Shown in pieces: positions 32,043-47,071 of a stretch of 64,000 nucleotides of DNA (within the stretch, counting starts at the first letter, position 1; every line of letters begins with the position of its first letter). The notes below the pieces were generated by a model, which saw only the letters and a program-made list of their open reading frames with translations, had not been told where the DNA came from and ran no database searches. Location of the stretch: assembly GCA_963745035.1 (NCBI GenBank), contig CAVUVW010000013.1, forward strand, positions 640,001-704,000. The letters run 5' to 3'. Both the position numbers and the translations under genes were made by a program. This DNA comes from an uncultured delta proteobacterium. Its GTDB lineage: Bacteria > Desulfobacterota > Binatia > UBA9968.

Positions 32043-32227
32043 ATTACTTGGCAAGAGAGGCGCCAGAGCGCCGCAATCGCCGAATTATTCTTTTCGACCT
32101 GGAATGGAATTTTTCGCAGCGAAATCATGGGCAACTATCTTGCGGATCTGTTCATATTGCAAGCATGTCACGATCGGACCGGATCGCAGATAGATCGTCG
32201 TTCCCGCGTCACTCGCGTGTCCTTGCG

Positions 32228-32803
32228 CTATTCCCTGCGTCCCGCGCCTGCATAACTAAAGGTATGATCCGCACTGTTGAAGCCGGGCCAGCGCCGGTCC
32301 CGGTCCGAAAGTCGCGGGTTACTTACGGGCCAGTCGATCCGGAGATCGGGATCATTCCAAAGAATGCCGGCTTCCAGATCCGGGGCGTATTCCTCACTGG
32401 TCATGTAGACAATCTCGGCCTCGGCGCTGAGCACGCAGAACCCGTGCGCAAACCCGGCCGGGACATAGAGCATTTTTTTGTTTTCCGCGGATAAAATTTC
32501 TGCAATCCATCTCCCATAGCTGGGTCCGTGGCGGCGTAGATCGACGATCACGTCGTAGACGACCCCGGACGACGCCCACACGAGCTTCGCCTGCGCCATG
32601 GGATTTTTCTGATAATGCAATCCGCGCAGGATTCCCTGCGCGGATCTCGAGCGATTGGTCTGGACGAAAGTTTCCGTGATACCCGCGGCCGTGAACTCCG
32701 AGCGCTTATACGCTTCCAAGAAAAATCCGCGCTCGTCGGCAAACACCCGCGGATCGATGACCACCGCTTCCGGAATCGCGGTTCTGGTGAAGCGAAAGGG
32801 CAT
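32228..32803 (-). CDS. rmlC: dTDP-4-dehydrorhamnose 3,5-epimerase
   Basis: DERGFF, LRGLHYQ, QAKLV, FAHGF, WNDP. Confidence 0.96.
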   Translation of the reverse strand: MPFRFTRTAIPEAVVIDPRVFADERGFFLEAYKRSEFTAAGITETFVQTNRSRSAQGILRGLHYQKNPMAQAKLVWASSGVVYDVIVDLRRHGPSYGRWIAEILSAENKKMLYVPAGFAHGFCVLSAEAEIVYMTSEEYAPDLEAGILWNDPDLRIDWPVSNPRLSDRDRRWPGFNSADHTFSYAGAGRRE

Positions 32804-33882
32804 TAGAGCAGGACTTCGGAATCATCGCCGATCGTCAGTCGATAGGCTTGATGGCTTTTGTGATATTTGAGGACGACCGAATTCTTGCCGATCAGGCTGT
32901 CTTCGAGCCGATCGACCTGTTCAATGCGCGCGTTCTCCAGCAGCACACAGTGCTCCAGGACGGAGGAAACGATTTGGCAATCGTTGCCGATCGAGGTAAA
33001 CGGACCGACAAACGAATTGCTGATCAGAACGTTTGCGCCGATCACCGCCGGACCGCGCACGGTGCTGTTTACAATGCGGCTCCCGGGCGCGAGCTGAACT
33101 CGACCTGTCACGTGGCTTTGTCCGTCGACTTCGCCTTCGATGCGCCGCTGGACCCATTCGTCGAGCACCACCGTATTAGCCGTGAGAAGATCGTCTTTCT
33201 TGCCGGTATCGAGCCACCAAGTATCGATACGCTCGCTTAAAACCTGGCCGCCGTTCTCCAAAAGAGCCTGGATCGCATCGGTGATTTCATACTCGCCGCG
33301 CGGCGACGGAGCGAGTTTTTCGATCGCCTTGTGGATCATCGGCGTGAAAAAATAGATACCGACCAGAGCAAGATTGGAAGGCGGGGCCTTCGGTTTTTCA
33401 ATCAAACGGACAACGCGCCCAGACGCATCGATGTCGGCGATCCCGAAGTCGGCGGGGTTGTCAACTTCTCTCAGCAGAATCGACGCATGGGCAGCCGATT
33501 TTTCGAATCGATCTCGATAGTCTTTGATCCCCGCACCGATCAAATTATCGCCCAAATACATCACGAAGGAGCTCGATCCGATGAAGGATTGAGCCACTTT
33601 GACCGCATGGGCGAGTCCCAGCGGATCGGGCTGCAGAATATATTCGATTCTCATTTGCCATTCTTGGCCATTGCCGACGGCTTCGCGCACAGCGCTGCCG
33701 GTCTGCGGCGATATGACGATGCCGACCTCCTCCACTCCGGCGTTCTTGAGATTGTCCAAAACATGAAAGAGGATCGGCCGGTTCGCCACAGGCACAAGTT
33801 GCTTGGCAGCCGTGTGCGTGAGCGGCCGCAATCGCGTGCCGCGGCCGCCGCTCAACACCAGTCCCTTCAAAGTCCCAGCCAT
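32803..33882 (-). CDS. rmlA: Glucose-1-phosphate thymidylyltransferase (long form)
   Basis: GGRGTRLRPLT, KQLVPVAN, YLGDN, RGEYEITDA, WLDTG, C-terminal left-handed beta-helix. Confidence 0.95.
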   Translation of the reverse strand: MAGTLKGLVLSGGRGTRLRPLTHTAAKQLVPVANRPILFHVLDNLKNAGVEEVGIVISPQTGSAVREAVGNGQEWQMRIEYILQPDPLGLAHAVKVAQSFIGSSSFVMYLGDNLIGAGIKDYRDRFEKSAAHASILLREVDNPADFGIADIDASGRVVRLIEKPKAPPSNLALVGIYFFTPMIHKAIEKLAPSPRGEYEITDAIQALLENGGQVLSERIDTWWLDTGKKDDLLTANTVVLDEWVQRRIEGEVDGQSHVTGRVQLAPGSRIVNSTVRGPAVIGANVLISNSFVGPFTSIGNDCQIVSSVLEHCVLLENARIEQVDRLEDSLIGKNSVVLKYHKSHQAYRLTIGDDSEVLL

Positions 33883-34107
33883 TGCCGCTCTTATAGCAGT
33901 TTGACGCCTGATTGATAAGGTCGAAGAGCTTACGCTCGCCGCGTCTACACGGATTCGCGGGAATCGATCCGTAAAATGGTTATCAACGCGTGGGGCTCAG
34001 CCCCGTGTCGAGGAGCGATGACACGCAGGTCTTTGACGCCCGCAGGCTGTACGAGCTGGCAGCGTCTCGCTATCCCACCGCGAAGAAAGCAATTGCACGC
34101 TTAAGCG

Positions 34108-35382
34108 CTAGCCCGCCACATCGCTCTCGCTTTCGGCGTCGGCCGTGGCCTCATTGCCGCGGGACGCGGCGTGTTGGATGGACGCCGGATCGTCTGCGAG
34201 GATCTGGACGATCCGCTTGGCCGCGTTACCGTCCCATAACTCCGGCACGTCCGCCGGCCCTCGAGGCCTCTGAATTATACGAGTAAATTCCCGAACGATC
34301 TTTCCTGGGTCGGTTCCAGCCAAAACGTTAGTGCCGACTTTCAGCGTCACCGGTCGCTCTGTGCTCTCCCGCAGGGTGATACACGGAATCCCGAGGATGG
34401 TAGTTTCCTCTTGGATCGCGGCGGAATCCGTCAGCACGACTCGGGCGTGAGACATCAACTGAAGAAAGTCCAGATAACCGAGCGGCGGCACCAGGCGAAT
34501 GCGCACGCGGGAGTCCCACGGCTCGGGACCTTCCATGAAATGATCGATCAAATAATCGCCCAGATCCGTCTCCTGAATGTGCCGCAAGACGTGCGGATGG
34601 GCGGGAAAAATAACCGGCATGTGACGCGAGACTTCCAAACACGCTTCCAGCAACTCGGCGAGAGTCTGCGCATCGTCGATGTTGCCAGGCCGGCGTAATG
34701 TCAAAATCGCGTAGGGCCGCACGTCGGCGCCTGCGCTCAACTGCAAATCGTTGAGAATTACGGATTCCCGAGCTCTGCCGAGATGACGCAGCAGGGTATC
34801 GACGGTAACGTTGCCGACGAAATAAATTCTTTCGACTGAAATGCCTTCATGCAGCAAATGACGATTGGCGCTTTCCTCGGTCGTGAAAAGATAGTCTGAG
34901 AGCGAGTCAGTCACGATTCGGTTGAGTTCTTCCGGCATGGTTCGATCAAAACTTCGCAGGCCCGCTTCCACGTGGGCCAGCTTGGGAAGGAAGTCGTTTC
35001 CTGCAGCGCCGCGCGTGCAGCGGGTTTTTTTTGTAGCGACAGCGCAGGCGACAACCGCATCCGCATCGCCGGCGACGAGTACGACGTTTGGTTTCTCGGC
35101 CAGGATTACTTTCTCAAATCTCTCCATGACATTGGCGATCTGCGCGGTGTCGGAGCCGAGCCCGACGCCGAGAAAGATATCCGGCTTAGGCAGCTCAATA
35201 TCGTTAAAACAAACATCCGAGGTGTTGACCTCGCAATGCTCCCCCGTGTGTACCAGAAGGTGTCGGATTTCGCGCGCGCCAGGCTGCCGGTTGTGGGAGT
35301 TAATCGCGTCGCAGATCGTCGCGATCTTTATGTGATTGGGCCTGGCTCCGACCACTGAGAGGACCTTGCAGGTCATCAGCAC
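34108..35382 (-). CDS. Divergent UDP-GlcNAc 2-epimerase paralog
   Basis: HVEAGLRS and PEELNR retained; GARPNHIK, HTGEH, AGDADA, TLRRP and TDSAAIQEE deviate from consensus. Confidence 0.85.
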   Translation of the reverse strand: MLMTCKVLSVVGARPNHIKIATICDAINSHNRQPGAREIRHLLVHTGEHCEVNTSDVCFNDIELPKPDIFLGVGLGSDTAQIANVMERFEKVILAEKPNVVLVAGDADAVVACAVATKKTRCTRGAAGNDFLPKLAHVEAGLRSFDRTMPEELNRIVTDSLSDYLFTTEESANRHLLHEGISVERIYFVGNVTVDTLLRHLGRARESVILNDLQLSAGADVRPYAILTLRRPGNIDDAQTLAELLEACLEVSRHMPVIFPAHPHVLRHIQETDLGDYLIDHFMEGPEPWDSRVRIRLVPPLGYLDFLQLMSHARVVLTDSAAIQEETTILGIPCITLRESTERPVTLKVGTNVLAGTDPGKIVREFTRIIQRPRGPADVPELWDGNAAKRIVQILADDPASIQHAASRGNEATADAESESDVAG

Positions 35383-35472
35383 ACCTCGTTCTAAATACTG
35401 TCCAGCGCTTTCTGAAACATGCGTTTTGAAACTAATCGATTGGGAAAAAAATTGTCATCGAGCGCGAAATGC

Positions 35473-35487
35473 GCAAATTCGGAGCCA
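35473..35487 (-). promoter_or_regulatory. Sigma-54 promoter for the wecB-like/rml operon
   Basis: TGGCTCCGAATTTGC (GG-N10-GC), ~90 nt upstream of the ORF. Confidence 0.7.
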
Positions 35488-35833
35488 TAATCGCGCGGCG
35501 GCATTTTGACGGCGCGGCGATGCTTTTTTGGGCAGTTTTCCGTCGAGAATAATAAAGAACGCCGCTAGATTATGCCCTACGGCCAGAGACCCTGCTTGAA
35601 ATGGGCAATTTTACCCTGTGAACAAGATGGCCTGAAATCCCCCCGATGCGGGACCACGAGTCATCGGCAGCCGGGCCAACTCAAACGGCTTGAGCATCTC
35701 ATCCAATTTGTGACTGGAACAGTGTAGCGGGAAACTCAAGATACCGCGGCAAAGAAGCACCGCCGATCTTGTAAGCGGCGTTCGCCGGCGCGCCACTCAG
35801 AGCGAATTCAACGACGCGGCGCAGCAGCCTTTG

Positions 35834-37216
35834 CTAGCCGAGCTCCTTGAACGATTCTTTATGCAGTCCGTGTCGTCTCATCTTCCTGTAGAGCGTCTTA
35901 TTGTCGACTTTCGCCTCGACTGCGGTTAAGGAGATCGCGCCCTTGTGTTTGATTAACAAGTTGCGCAAATAGTCTTTTTCGCTGCGCAGTAACCAGTGCT
36001 TCAGCGACAAGTCTTGGCCGCCGTCATTTTCGAAATGACGGTCGATAATTCGTTGGGGAGGCGCGGGCAAATCAACGTCTTCGATCAGCTCGCCCTGGCA
36101 CTTAACGATGGCTCGCTCGATGATATTCTCCAACTCTCGAATATTACCCGGCCAGTGGTATGCCAACATCTGGTCGAGAACTCTGGGCCCGACCTGCTTG
36201 ATCCGTTTTTCTTGAGCGACCGGGTGTTTGCTGAGAAGGTGATTGATCAAGATCGGCAGGTCTTCCAGCCGTTCACGCAACGGCGGAAGTTGCAGCGGGA
36301 TCACATTGATTCGATAGTAAAAATCTTCCCGCAAGGTGCCGCGAGTGAGACAGAGCTGCAGATCGACGTTGGTCGCGGCTACCACTCGCATATCGACCTT
36401 CACCCGGCGATTGCCCCCGAGCCGCTCGACTTCCCGCTCCTGCAAGACGCGCAAAAGCTTGACCTGCATGGGGGGCGCCATGGTCTCGATCTCATCGAGA
36501 AATAGCGTGCCGCCGTCCGCCAACTCGATTTTTCCGGAGCGGCTCTGCACGGCTCCGGTGAATGCCCCTTTTTCGTACCCAAACAATTCGCTTTCCAGCA
36601 GTGTCTCGGGAAACGCGCCGCAATTGATCGCCACGAACGACTTTGCTTTGCGACGGCTCAAATTGTGGATCGCTCGAGCCACCAGCTCTTTACCGGTGCC
36701 GGTCTCGCCGGTGATCATCACCCCGGAATCGGTCTCCGCCAGGGATCTGATGAGATCGAAAACTTTCGACATCTTCGGGCTCTTGCTGAGGATGTTCTCG
36801 AGGCCCTGCTCATTTTGAACTTTTTGCCTGAGCTCGCGAACTTCGTCCAACAAGCGCCGGCGCTCGACCAGCTTCTCGCTCACCAAACGGATTGCCTCGG
36901 GTTGAAACGGCTTGGTGATGTAATCACTGGCGCCGAGCTTCATCGCCTCGACGGCCTGCTTGATGTTGCCAAAGGCGGTGATCAGGATCACGTCCGTATC
37001 CGCATATCTTTCGCGCACGTGGCGGGCCAATTGGAAACCGTCGATTCCCGGCATTTTCACGTCGGAGACGACGATGGCGAACTTATCTTCGCCCAGCCTT
37101 TTTATCCCCTCTTCGCCGGAAGACGCGGTGGAGACGCGGAAACCTTCTTGTTCGTAAAACTGCCCTAATTGTTCTCGCAGGCGGTCATGATCCTCAACGA
37201 TTAAGACACTGTACAT
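35834..37216 (-). CDS. Sigma-54-dependent response regulator (NtrC/AtoC family)
   Basis: REC domain (DVKMP), GETGTGKE, ESELFG..GAFTGA, WPGNIREL, Fis-type HTH. Confidence 0.95.
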   Translation of the reverse strand: MYSVLIVEDHDRLREQLGQFYEQEGFRVSTASSGEEGIKRLGEDKFAIVVSDVKMPGIDGFQLARHVRERYADTDVILITAFGNIKQAVEAMKLGASDYITKPFQPEAIRLVSEKLVERRRLLDEVRELRQKVQNEQGLENILSKSPKMSKVFDLIRSLAETDSGVMITGETGTGKELVARAIHNLSRRKAKSFVAINCGAFPETLLESELFGYEKGAFTGAVQSRSGKIELADGGTLFLDEIETMAPPMQVKLLRVLQEREVERLGGNRRVKVDMRVVAATNVDLQLCLTRGTLREDFYYRINVIPLQLPPLRERLEDLPILINHLLSKHPVAQEKRIKQVGPRVLDQMLAYHWPGNIRELENIIERAIVKCQGELIEDVDLPAPPQRIIDRHFENDGGQDLSLKHWLLRSEKDYLRNLLIKHKGAISLTAVEAKVDNKTLYRKMRRHGLHKESFKELG

Positions 37217-37243
37217 AGATTAACGAAGCCTCACGTGCGCGTA

Positions 37244-38380
37244 TTACCGCTCGGCATAGCCTGTAATCCCGCGAACCGGAAGCGCCACTTCTACTTCCGT
37301 CCCGCGATCTTGCCTGCTCGAAATGCTCAACCGACCGCCGTGTAATTCAACAAGTCGCGCCGCTATGCTCAAGCCCAGCCCGTCTCGCTCGGGTTTTAAG
37401 GTAAAAAAGGGCACGGCGGCCTTTTGCAAATGCGCATGCTCAATCCCGCACCCGGTGTCGGCGATCGAGACCTGCGCGATGGATTGCTCGGCCAAGCATG
37501 TCGCCTGGACGGCGCCGGTTATGATCACCTGGTCCCCCGCTGTCGTAGCATCAAGCGCATTCTCCAGAATCGCGCGCAAGCCGAGCTCGAGAAGCACTGG
37601 GTCACAAATCACCAGGGCGCCGTTGAGCGCATCGCCCACGTGATCTTTGAGCACCACCTTTTTTTCTAGAAAGACCGGAGCATGCGCATCGATCACCGAG
37701 CGCAGGATCTGCCCCAAATCGATCGCGGACGAATGGGCCGAAATCTGGCTATAGCTGGCAAATCTCTGTATAAATTCGACGGCCCGGTCGACTGTTTCCT
37801 GGAGCGCTTCGATGCGATCGGCAGGCACGCCCCGCTTGAGCGAACTGATCACCAAATTAATAAGCTGAAAGTGATTGCCGATTTTGTGGATGAACTCCGC
37901 AATGACCCTGCTATCAAGCCAATTGGACCGGCGCGCGGTTGCAAGCGGAATCATGCGACCGCGAATCACCGCTCCGCCCGCTGTAACGACCTTGCACAAA
38001 CTATGGGCCACCCAAACTGGCAAACCACGATCATCGATGATTTGATGCATCTCGGACGCAAGCTCGCCGGGCTCGAGCTGCGTCGCTCTGGCGAACAGGG
38101 AATACCGGTCATCGCCCACTAACCGCTTATCCCAAAGCGTGCGGTTTCCGAGTAGATTCTCTTGCCTGATACCGAGCAATTCCGTGACATTGGGGGAAAC
38201 CGAGATAACCGTTAGATCGCCATCGCACTCGTAGGCGACTGCTGGAGCCGCGGCAGCCTTGTAGTCCTCCCACTTCTTCTTATTGGAGTCCACGCTTGTC
38301 GACCGCAAAGCATCTTGCGCATGGAATAGCGGGCCGCCGATGGGAGGATCACCCGCAACCGGTTTCGGTGGATTAGGCAA
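37244..38380 (-). CDS. Cytoplasmic PAS-domain histidine kinase
   Basis: PAS-like N-terminus, H-box IHKIGNH, ENALDA, DTGCGI, PFFT, GLGL; no TM. Confidence 0.85.
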   Translation of the reverse strand: MPNPPKPVAGDPPIGGPLFHAQDALRSTSVDSNKKKWEDYKAAAAPAVAYECDGDLTVISVSPNVTELLGIRQENLLGNRTLWDKRLVGDDRYSLFARATQLEPGELASEMHQIIDDRGLPVWVAHSLCKVVTAGGAVIRGRMIPLATARRSNWLDSRVIAEFIHKIGNHFQLINLVISSLKRGVPADRIEALQETVDRAVEFIQRFASYSQISAHSSAIDLGQILRSVIDAHAPVFLEKKVVLKDHVGDALNGALVICDPVLLELGLRAILENALDATTAGDQVIITGAVQATCLAEQSIAQVSIADTGCGIEHAHLQKAAVPFFTLKPERDGLGLSIAARLVELHGGRLSISSRQDRGTEVEVALPVRGITGYAER

Positions 38381-38540
38381 CCGTTACCCCTCCCTTTGAT
38401 TGAATCCGTTTAAGCATTGGCTCCGGAGCGAACTAGCTGGCATTTTTGCCATATCGGCACTTAGAATTCAAGAAAATTTGGCACCCATAACAACTTTCGG
38501 CACCGTAAATGACCATGAAGAAAATCGCGCAAGTTACTAG

Positions 38541-38553
38541 AAATACATTGATA
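38541..38553 (+). promoter_or_regulatory. Possible IHF-binding site in the divergent intergenic region
   Basis: AAATACATTGATA vs consensus YAANNNNTTGATW (1 mismatch); IHF commonly assists sigma-54 activation. Confidence 0.35.
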
Positions 38554-39043
38554 TTCTGTAAAGCCTCAAGAGTTTTCAGGTAACCCGCGCTGAGTTCTGT
38601 AAACTCCTCTTACAGCCTTTGAGATCATCGGCCAACAAGACCCGGCAGAGGTGTTTGATAGCAGCGCGCTGCGAATGCTTCCGAAAGATCCGCTCGCCGC
38701 CTGGAGACGGAAGTTCGCGATTGCCAAGCTTACGCAGTCATCGAAACGCTCCTTTTTTCTTCCGCTCAATCAGAGGCTATTGATAGCTTGCCGCCATCCT
38801 GAACTCTCCGGAGGTTGGACGAGTCCTGCTTGGAGGTCGGGCACTCTTGACCTTCCATCAGGACGGCGCAGGGAACTCGGTAGTTGTGACCGGCGCCGCA
38901 TTAGGCTGATTTTTTGAAAAGCCCGGCAACCATAGCAACAAATCGTCGGGACCGTGAATTCCCGCCCCTCAAGTCTCTTAAAAATAAACCCGAGAGTCTC
39001 TCCCACCCGAGTTCAAGTCAGCAAGATTCCCGTGACCGGACAA

Positions 39044-39059
39044 TGGCATATAGCTTGCT
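39044..39059 (+). promoter_or_regulatory. Sigma-54 promoter for the prsK-like/prsR-like/dehydrogenase operon
   Basis: TGGCATATAGCTTGCT (GG-N10-GC), 33 nt before ATG 39093. Confidence 0.85.
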
Positions 39060-39092
39060 CTGTCAGGAAGAATTTCTTTTCATGAACGGGGA

Positions 39093-40382
39093 ATGGATTC
39101 AGTTTCTAATTTGAACAAGCTGCTCATGGCAAACCCAAGCGCGCCCAGATGGCTACCTTTGCGTGAGGCGACACGCATCATGCGACGATTCGTCAAGCAG
39201 CGTTTTGTCCACCGTAAAAAATACGACTACAACGACTTGTGGATGAAATTCTCCGACCAGTCGAGCGGCTCGCTCCACATCCAGGACTTGCTGCCTCGAG
39301 TCGCCGAGTTCATCGCCGCAGCCATGTCAGTGCGTCAGGTCGCTTTTTGGCTTCACTCAACGCCAGAGAGCTATCGCCTGGTTTATTCCCGCAGCCCTGC
39401 ATCCAGCGCCGCAACCGCCACGCTTCGCTTGGCTCATTCTCGCACCAACGATTCGACTCTCTTTCACGTATCGCGGGACGGCTTTCGGCCCGACGCGAAA
39501 GATTGGTCCGCTGAAAGCTTGCAAACCGTGCGCGCTTTGAACATACAACGCTTGGTTCTCGTCGAGAACCGCGGCGAGGTGTTGGCGCTGATGGGCATCG
39601 GCGCGCCCGGACAAGCAGTTTTATTGCCCGAAGACGATCAGTTCTTATTGAGGGTCAGCGATCAGCTCGGCCACCTCATTCTGACTCACAAGCTTTCCGA
39701 AGAGCTGCTCCTCTCGCGCGAATGGGAGTCGTTCAACCGTTTTGCTTCTTTCATACTTCACGATCTCAAGAACCTTGCCACGCTGCAAAGCATGACATTG
39801 GAAAACGCCAAGTATCTCAGTCATGACGCCGCATTTATCAAGGATGCCTTCGCCACTTTCAGCGAGACCACTGAGAAGATGATCAATCTGATCGCCAGCC
39901 TTTCTGTTCAACGGGGCCATTTTTCGCTCAAGCAACAGCCGCTCAATATCCTCGAAGTTCTCACCCATACGTTCGACGATCTCAAAGTGGACCAGAGAAA
40001 CGGCGTGAAAGTTTTGACGGCCTTCCCTCCAAAGGACCGACTACCCATCGTTTCAGGCGACCCCGAGCTGCTGCAAAAGGCTTTTACCAATTTGCTCCTG
40101 AACGCGATCCAAAGCCTGCCCAAAGGCAAGGGCGCCGTGGAGATCACGGTCGCGCAAGAGGCCGCCGGAAAAATCACCACGTCGATTCGCGACAGCGGAT
40201 GCGGCATCGCTCCCGAGCGGCTGGAAACTCTCTTTCGGCCATTTCAAACGACCAAGGAAAACGGCCTCGGAATCGGTCTTTGCCATACCCGTTCGATTAT
40301 TGAAGTTCACGGCGGCCGGATCCGCATTGAAAGTCAGTTAAATGCCGGCACTAAAGTCGAGGTTGAGCTACCGGCGTTGTAG
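39093..40382 (+). CDS. PrsK-like (PEP-CTERM system) GAF histidine kinase lacking the N-terminal membrane domain
   Basis: KYDYNDLWMKF and ESFNRFASFILHDLKN resemble PrsK signatures; NAIQS, DSGCGI, PFQTTK, GLGIGL. Confidence 0.8.
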   Translation: MDSVSNLNKLLMANPSAPRWLPLREATRIMRRFVKQRFVHRKKYDYNDLWMKFSDQSSGSLHIQDLLPRVAEFIAAAMSVRQVAFWLHSTPESYRLVYSRSPASSAATATLRLAHSRTNDSTLFHVSRDGFRPDAKDWSAESLQTVRALNIQRLVLVENRGEVLALMGIGAPGQAVLLPEDDQFLLRVSDQLGHLILTHKLSEELLLSREWESFNRFASFILHDLKNLATLQSMTLENAKYLSHDAAFIKDAFATFSETTEKMINLIASLSVQRGHFSLKQQPLNILEVLTHTFDDLKVDQRNGVKVLTAFPPKDRLPIVSGDPELLQKAFTNLLLNAIQSLPKGKGAVEITVAQEAAGKITTSIRDSGCGIAPERLETLFRPFQTTKENGLGIGLCHTRSIIEVHGGRIRIESQLNAGTKVEVELPAL

Positions 40383-40401
40383 ATCGGGGAGGAAGGCAAC
40401 T

Positions 40402-41805
<1,404 letters not shown>

Positions 41806-41806
41806 A

Positions 41807-43180
41807 TTGAACACTTTGAGAACCAAGCTCGAACAGCGCCACGCGACGGCGGCCGTCATCGGCCTCGGCTACGTCGGTTTGCCGCTGGCGATGGAGATTG
41901 CCGCCGCCGGATTTGACGTGATCGGCGTTGATCTCGACGCCGCCAAGATCGCGACCCTCAAGCGCGGCAAGTCGTATATTCTCGACGTGCCGGAAAAAAC
42001 CGTCGCCGGCGCCGTTCACTCGGGAAAATTTACACCGACCTCGGATTTCAGTGCGCTCGCCAAAGCCGACACCGTCAGCATTTGCGTGCCGACCCCCCTC
42101 AGCAAGAGCCGGGACCCCGATATTTCCTTTATTCTTTCGGCGACCGAAGAGATTCGCAAATACCTCCACAGCGGCCAACTGATCGTGCTCGAGAGCACGA
42201 CTTACCCGGGTACCACCGACGAGCTGATCGTGCCGGAGCTCGAAAGCACCGGCCTCAAAGTCGGGAGTGATTTCTGCGTCGCCTTTTCGCCCGAGAGGAT
42301 CGATCCCGGCAACGCGTCCTTCACGACCCGCAACACCCCCAAGATCGTCGGTGGGATCACGGCTGAGTGCACCGAAGTCGCCCGGCTTTTCTATTCGCAG
42401 TTTATCGAACGCGTCATTCCAGTGAGCAGCACCAAATGCGCCGAAATGGTAAAGCTCCTGGAAAATACCTTTCGCAGCGTCAATATCGGCATGGTCAATG
42501 AGCTTGCCTTGATGTGCGATCTCTTGGGCGTGGACGTCTACGAAGTCATCGACGCCGCGGCCACCAAACCGTTCGGCTTCAGCCCATTTTATCCGGGCCC
42601 GGGACTAGGCGGCCACTGCATACCGATCGACCCGCACTACCTAGCGTGGAAACTGAAAGCACTCAATTTTCAGGCGCGCTTTATTGGGCTGGCCGCCGAG
42701 ATCAACGGCATGATGCCCGCCGTCGTCAGCGCGATGACCGCCGACGGCCTCAACCGCTTCTCCAAGAGCATTCGCGGCTCGAAGATCCTCATTCTCGGCG
42801 TCGCCTACAAGAAAGACGTCAGCGACTGCCGCGAATCGCCGGCCCTCGACGTCATGCGCCTGCTCAGCGAGAAAGGCGCGATTCTTTCCTACAATGATCC
42901 GCTCGTGCCCACGGTGCGACTGGGCGGGAGCACGCTCAAGTCGGTGGCGGCGAGCCCGCAGACGGTCGCGGAACATGACTGCGTGATCATCCTTACCGAT
43001 CACAGCGTCTACGACGTGCGCAGCATCGTGGAAGCGTCCAAGCTGGTGATCGACACCCGGAACGCAACCAAAGACCTGCGTGCATTCAAGGATCGAATCA
43101 TTAAATTAGGCGCGGGCAAGAATCCGCCGCGGACCGCGCATGACGATCATGAAGCCCCGATAGAGATAACAACGCACTGA
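41807..43180 (+). CDS. UDP-N-acetyl-hexosamine 6-dehydrogenase (WecC/WbpA/TviB family)
   Basis: IGLGYVGLP, CVPTP, ESTTYPGTT, SPERIDPG, KLLENTFR, GGHCIPIDP. Confidence 0.93.
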   Translation: MNTLRTKLEQRHATAAVIGLGYVGLPLAMEIAAAGFDVIGVDLDAAKIATLKRGKSYILDVPEKTVAGAVHSGKFTPTSDFSALAKADTVSICVPTPLSKSRDPDISFILSATEEIRKYLHSGQLIVLESTTYPGTTDELIVPELESTGLKVGSDFCVAFSPERIDPGNASFTTRNTPKIVGGITAECTEVARLFYSQFIERVIPVSSTKCAEMVKLLENTFRSVNIGMVNELALMCDLLGVDVYEVIDAAATKPFGFSPFYPGPGLGGHCIPIDPHYLAWKLKALNFQARFIGLAAEINGMMPAVVSAMTADGLNRFSKSIRGSKILILGVAYKKDVSDCRESPALDVMRLLSEKGAILSYNDPLVPTVRLGGSTLKSVAASPQTVAEHDCVIILTDHSVYDVRSIVEASKLVIDTRNATKDLRAFKDRIIKLGAGKNPPRTAHDDHEAPIEITTH

Positions 43181-43348
43181 CGGGATACTTAGGCAAACGA
43201 AACGATCTTTGAAGAGCCGAGCGCGCAAGACAATCAGAAAACTCCATGCGGTCAGCCTTCGAGCAAATTCGCTGCCTTCAAGGGCGAATACGGCGAGCTT
43301 TACTGCTCCAAAAAAGAAACTGTGGTGCGCTCGCCGGTGGCGTGAAAT

Positions 43349-46949
<3,601 letters not shown>

Positions 46950-47071
46950 GCGCTGCTGGCGCTCCTTGCTGGGCCGCGAAAAGAAGAGTTTAAAAATCAG
47001 TAGATAGCGTCAAAATACATGATTCGGGAAGCAACTGAAAGGGTTTTGCAGCAGGCGCAAAGCAGCGCTGC

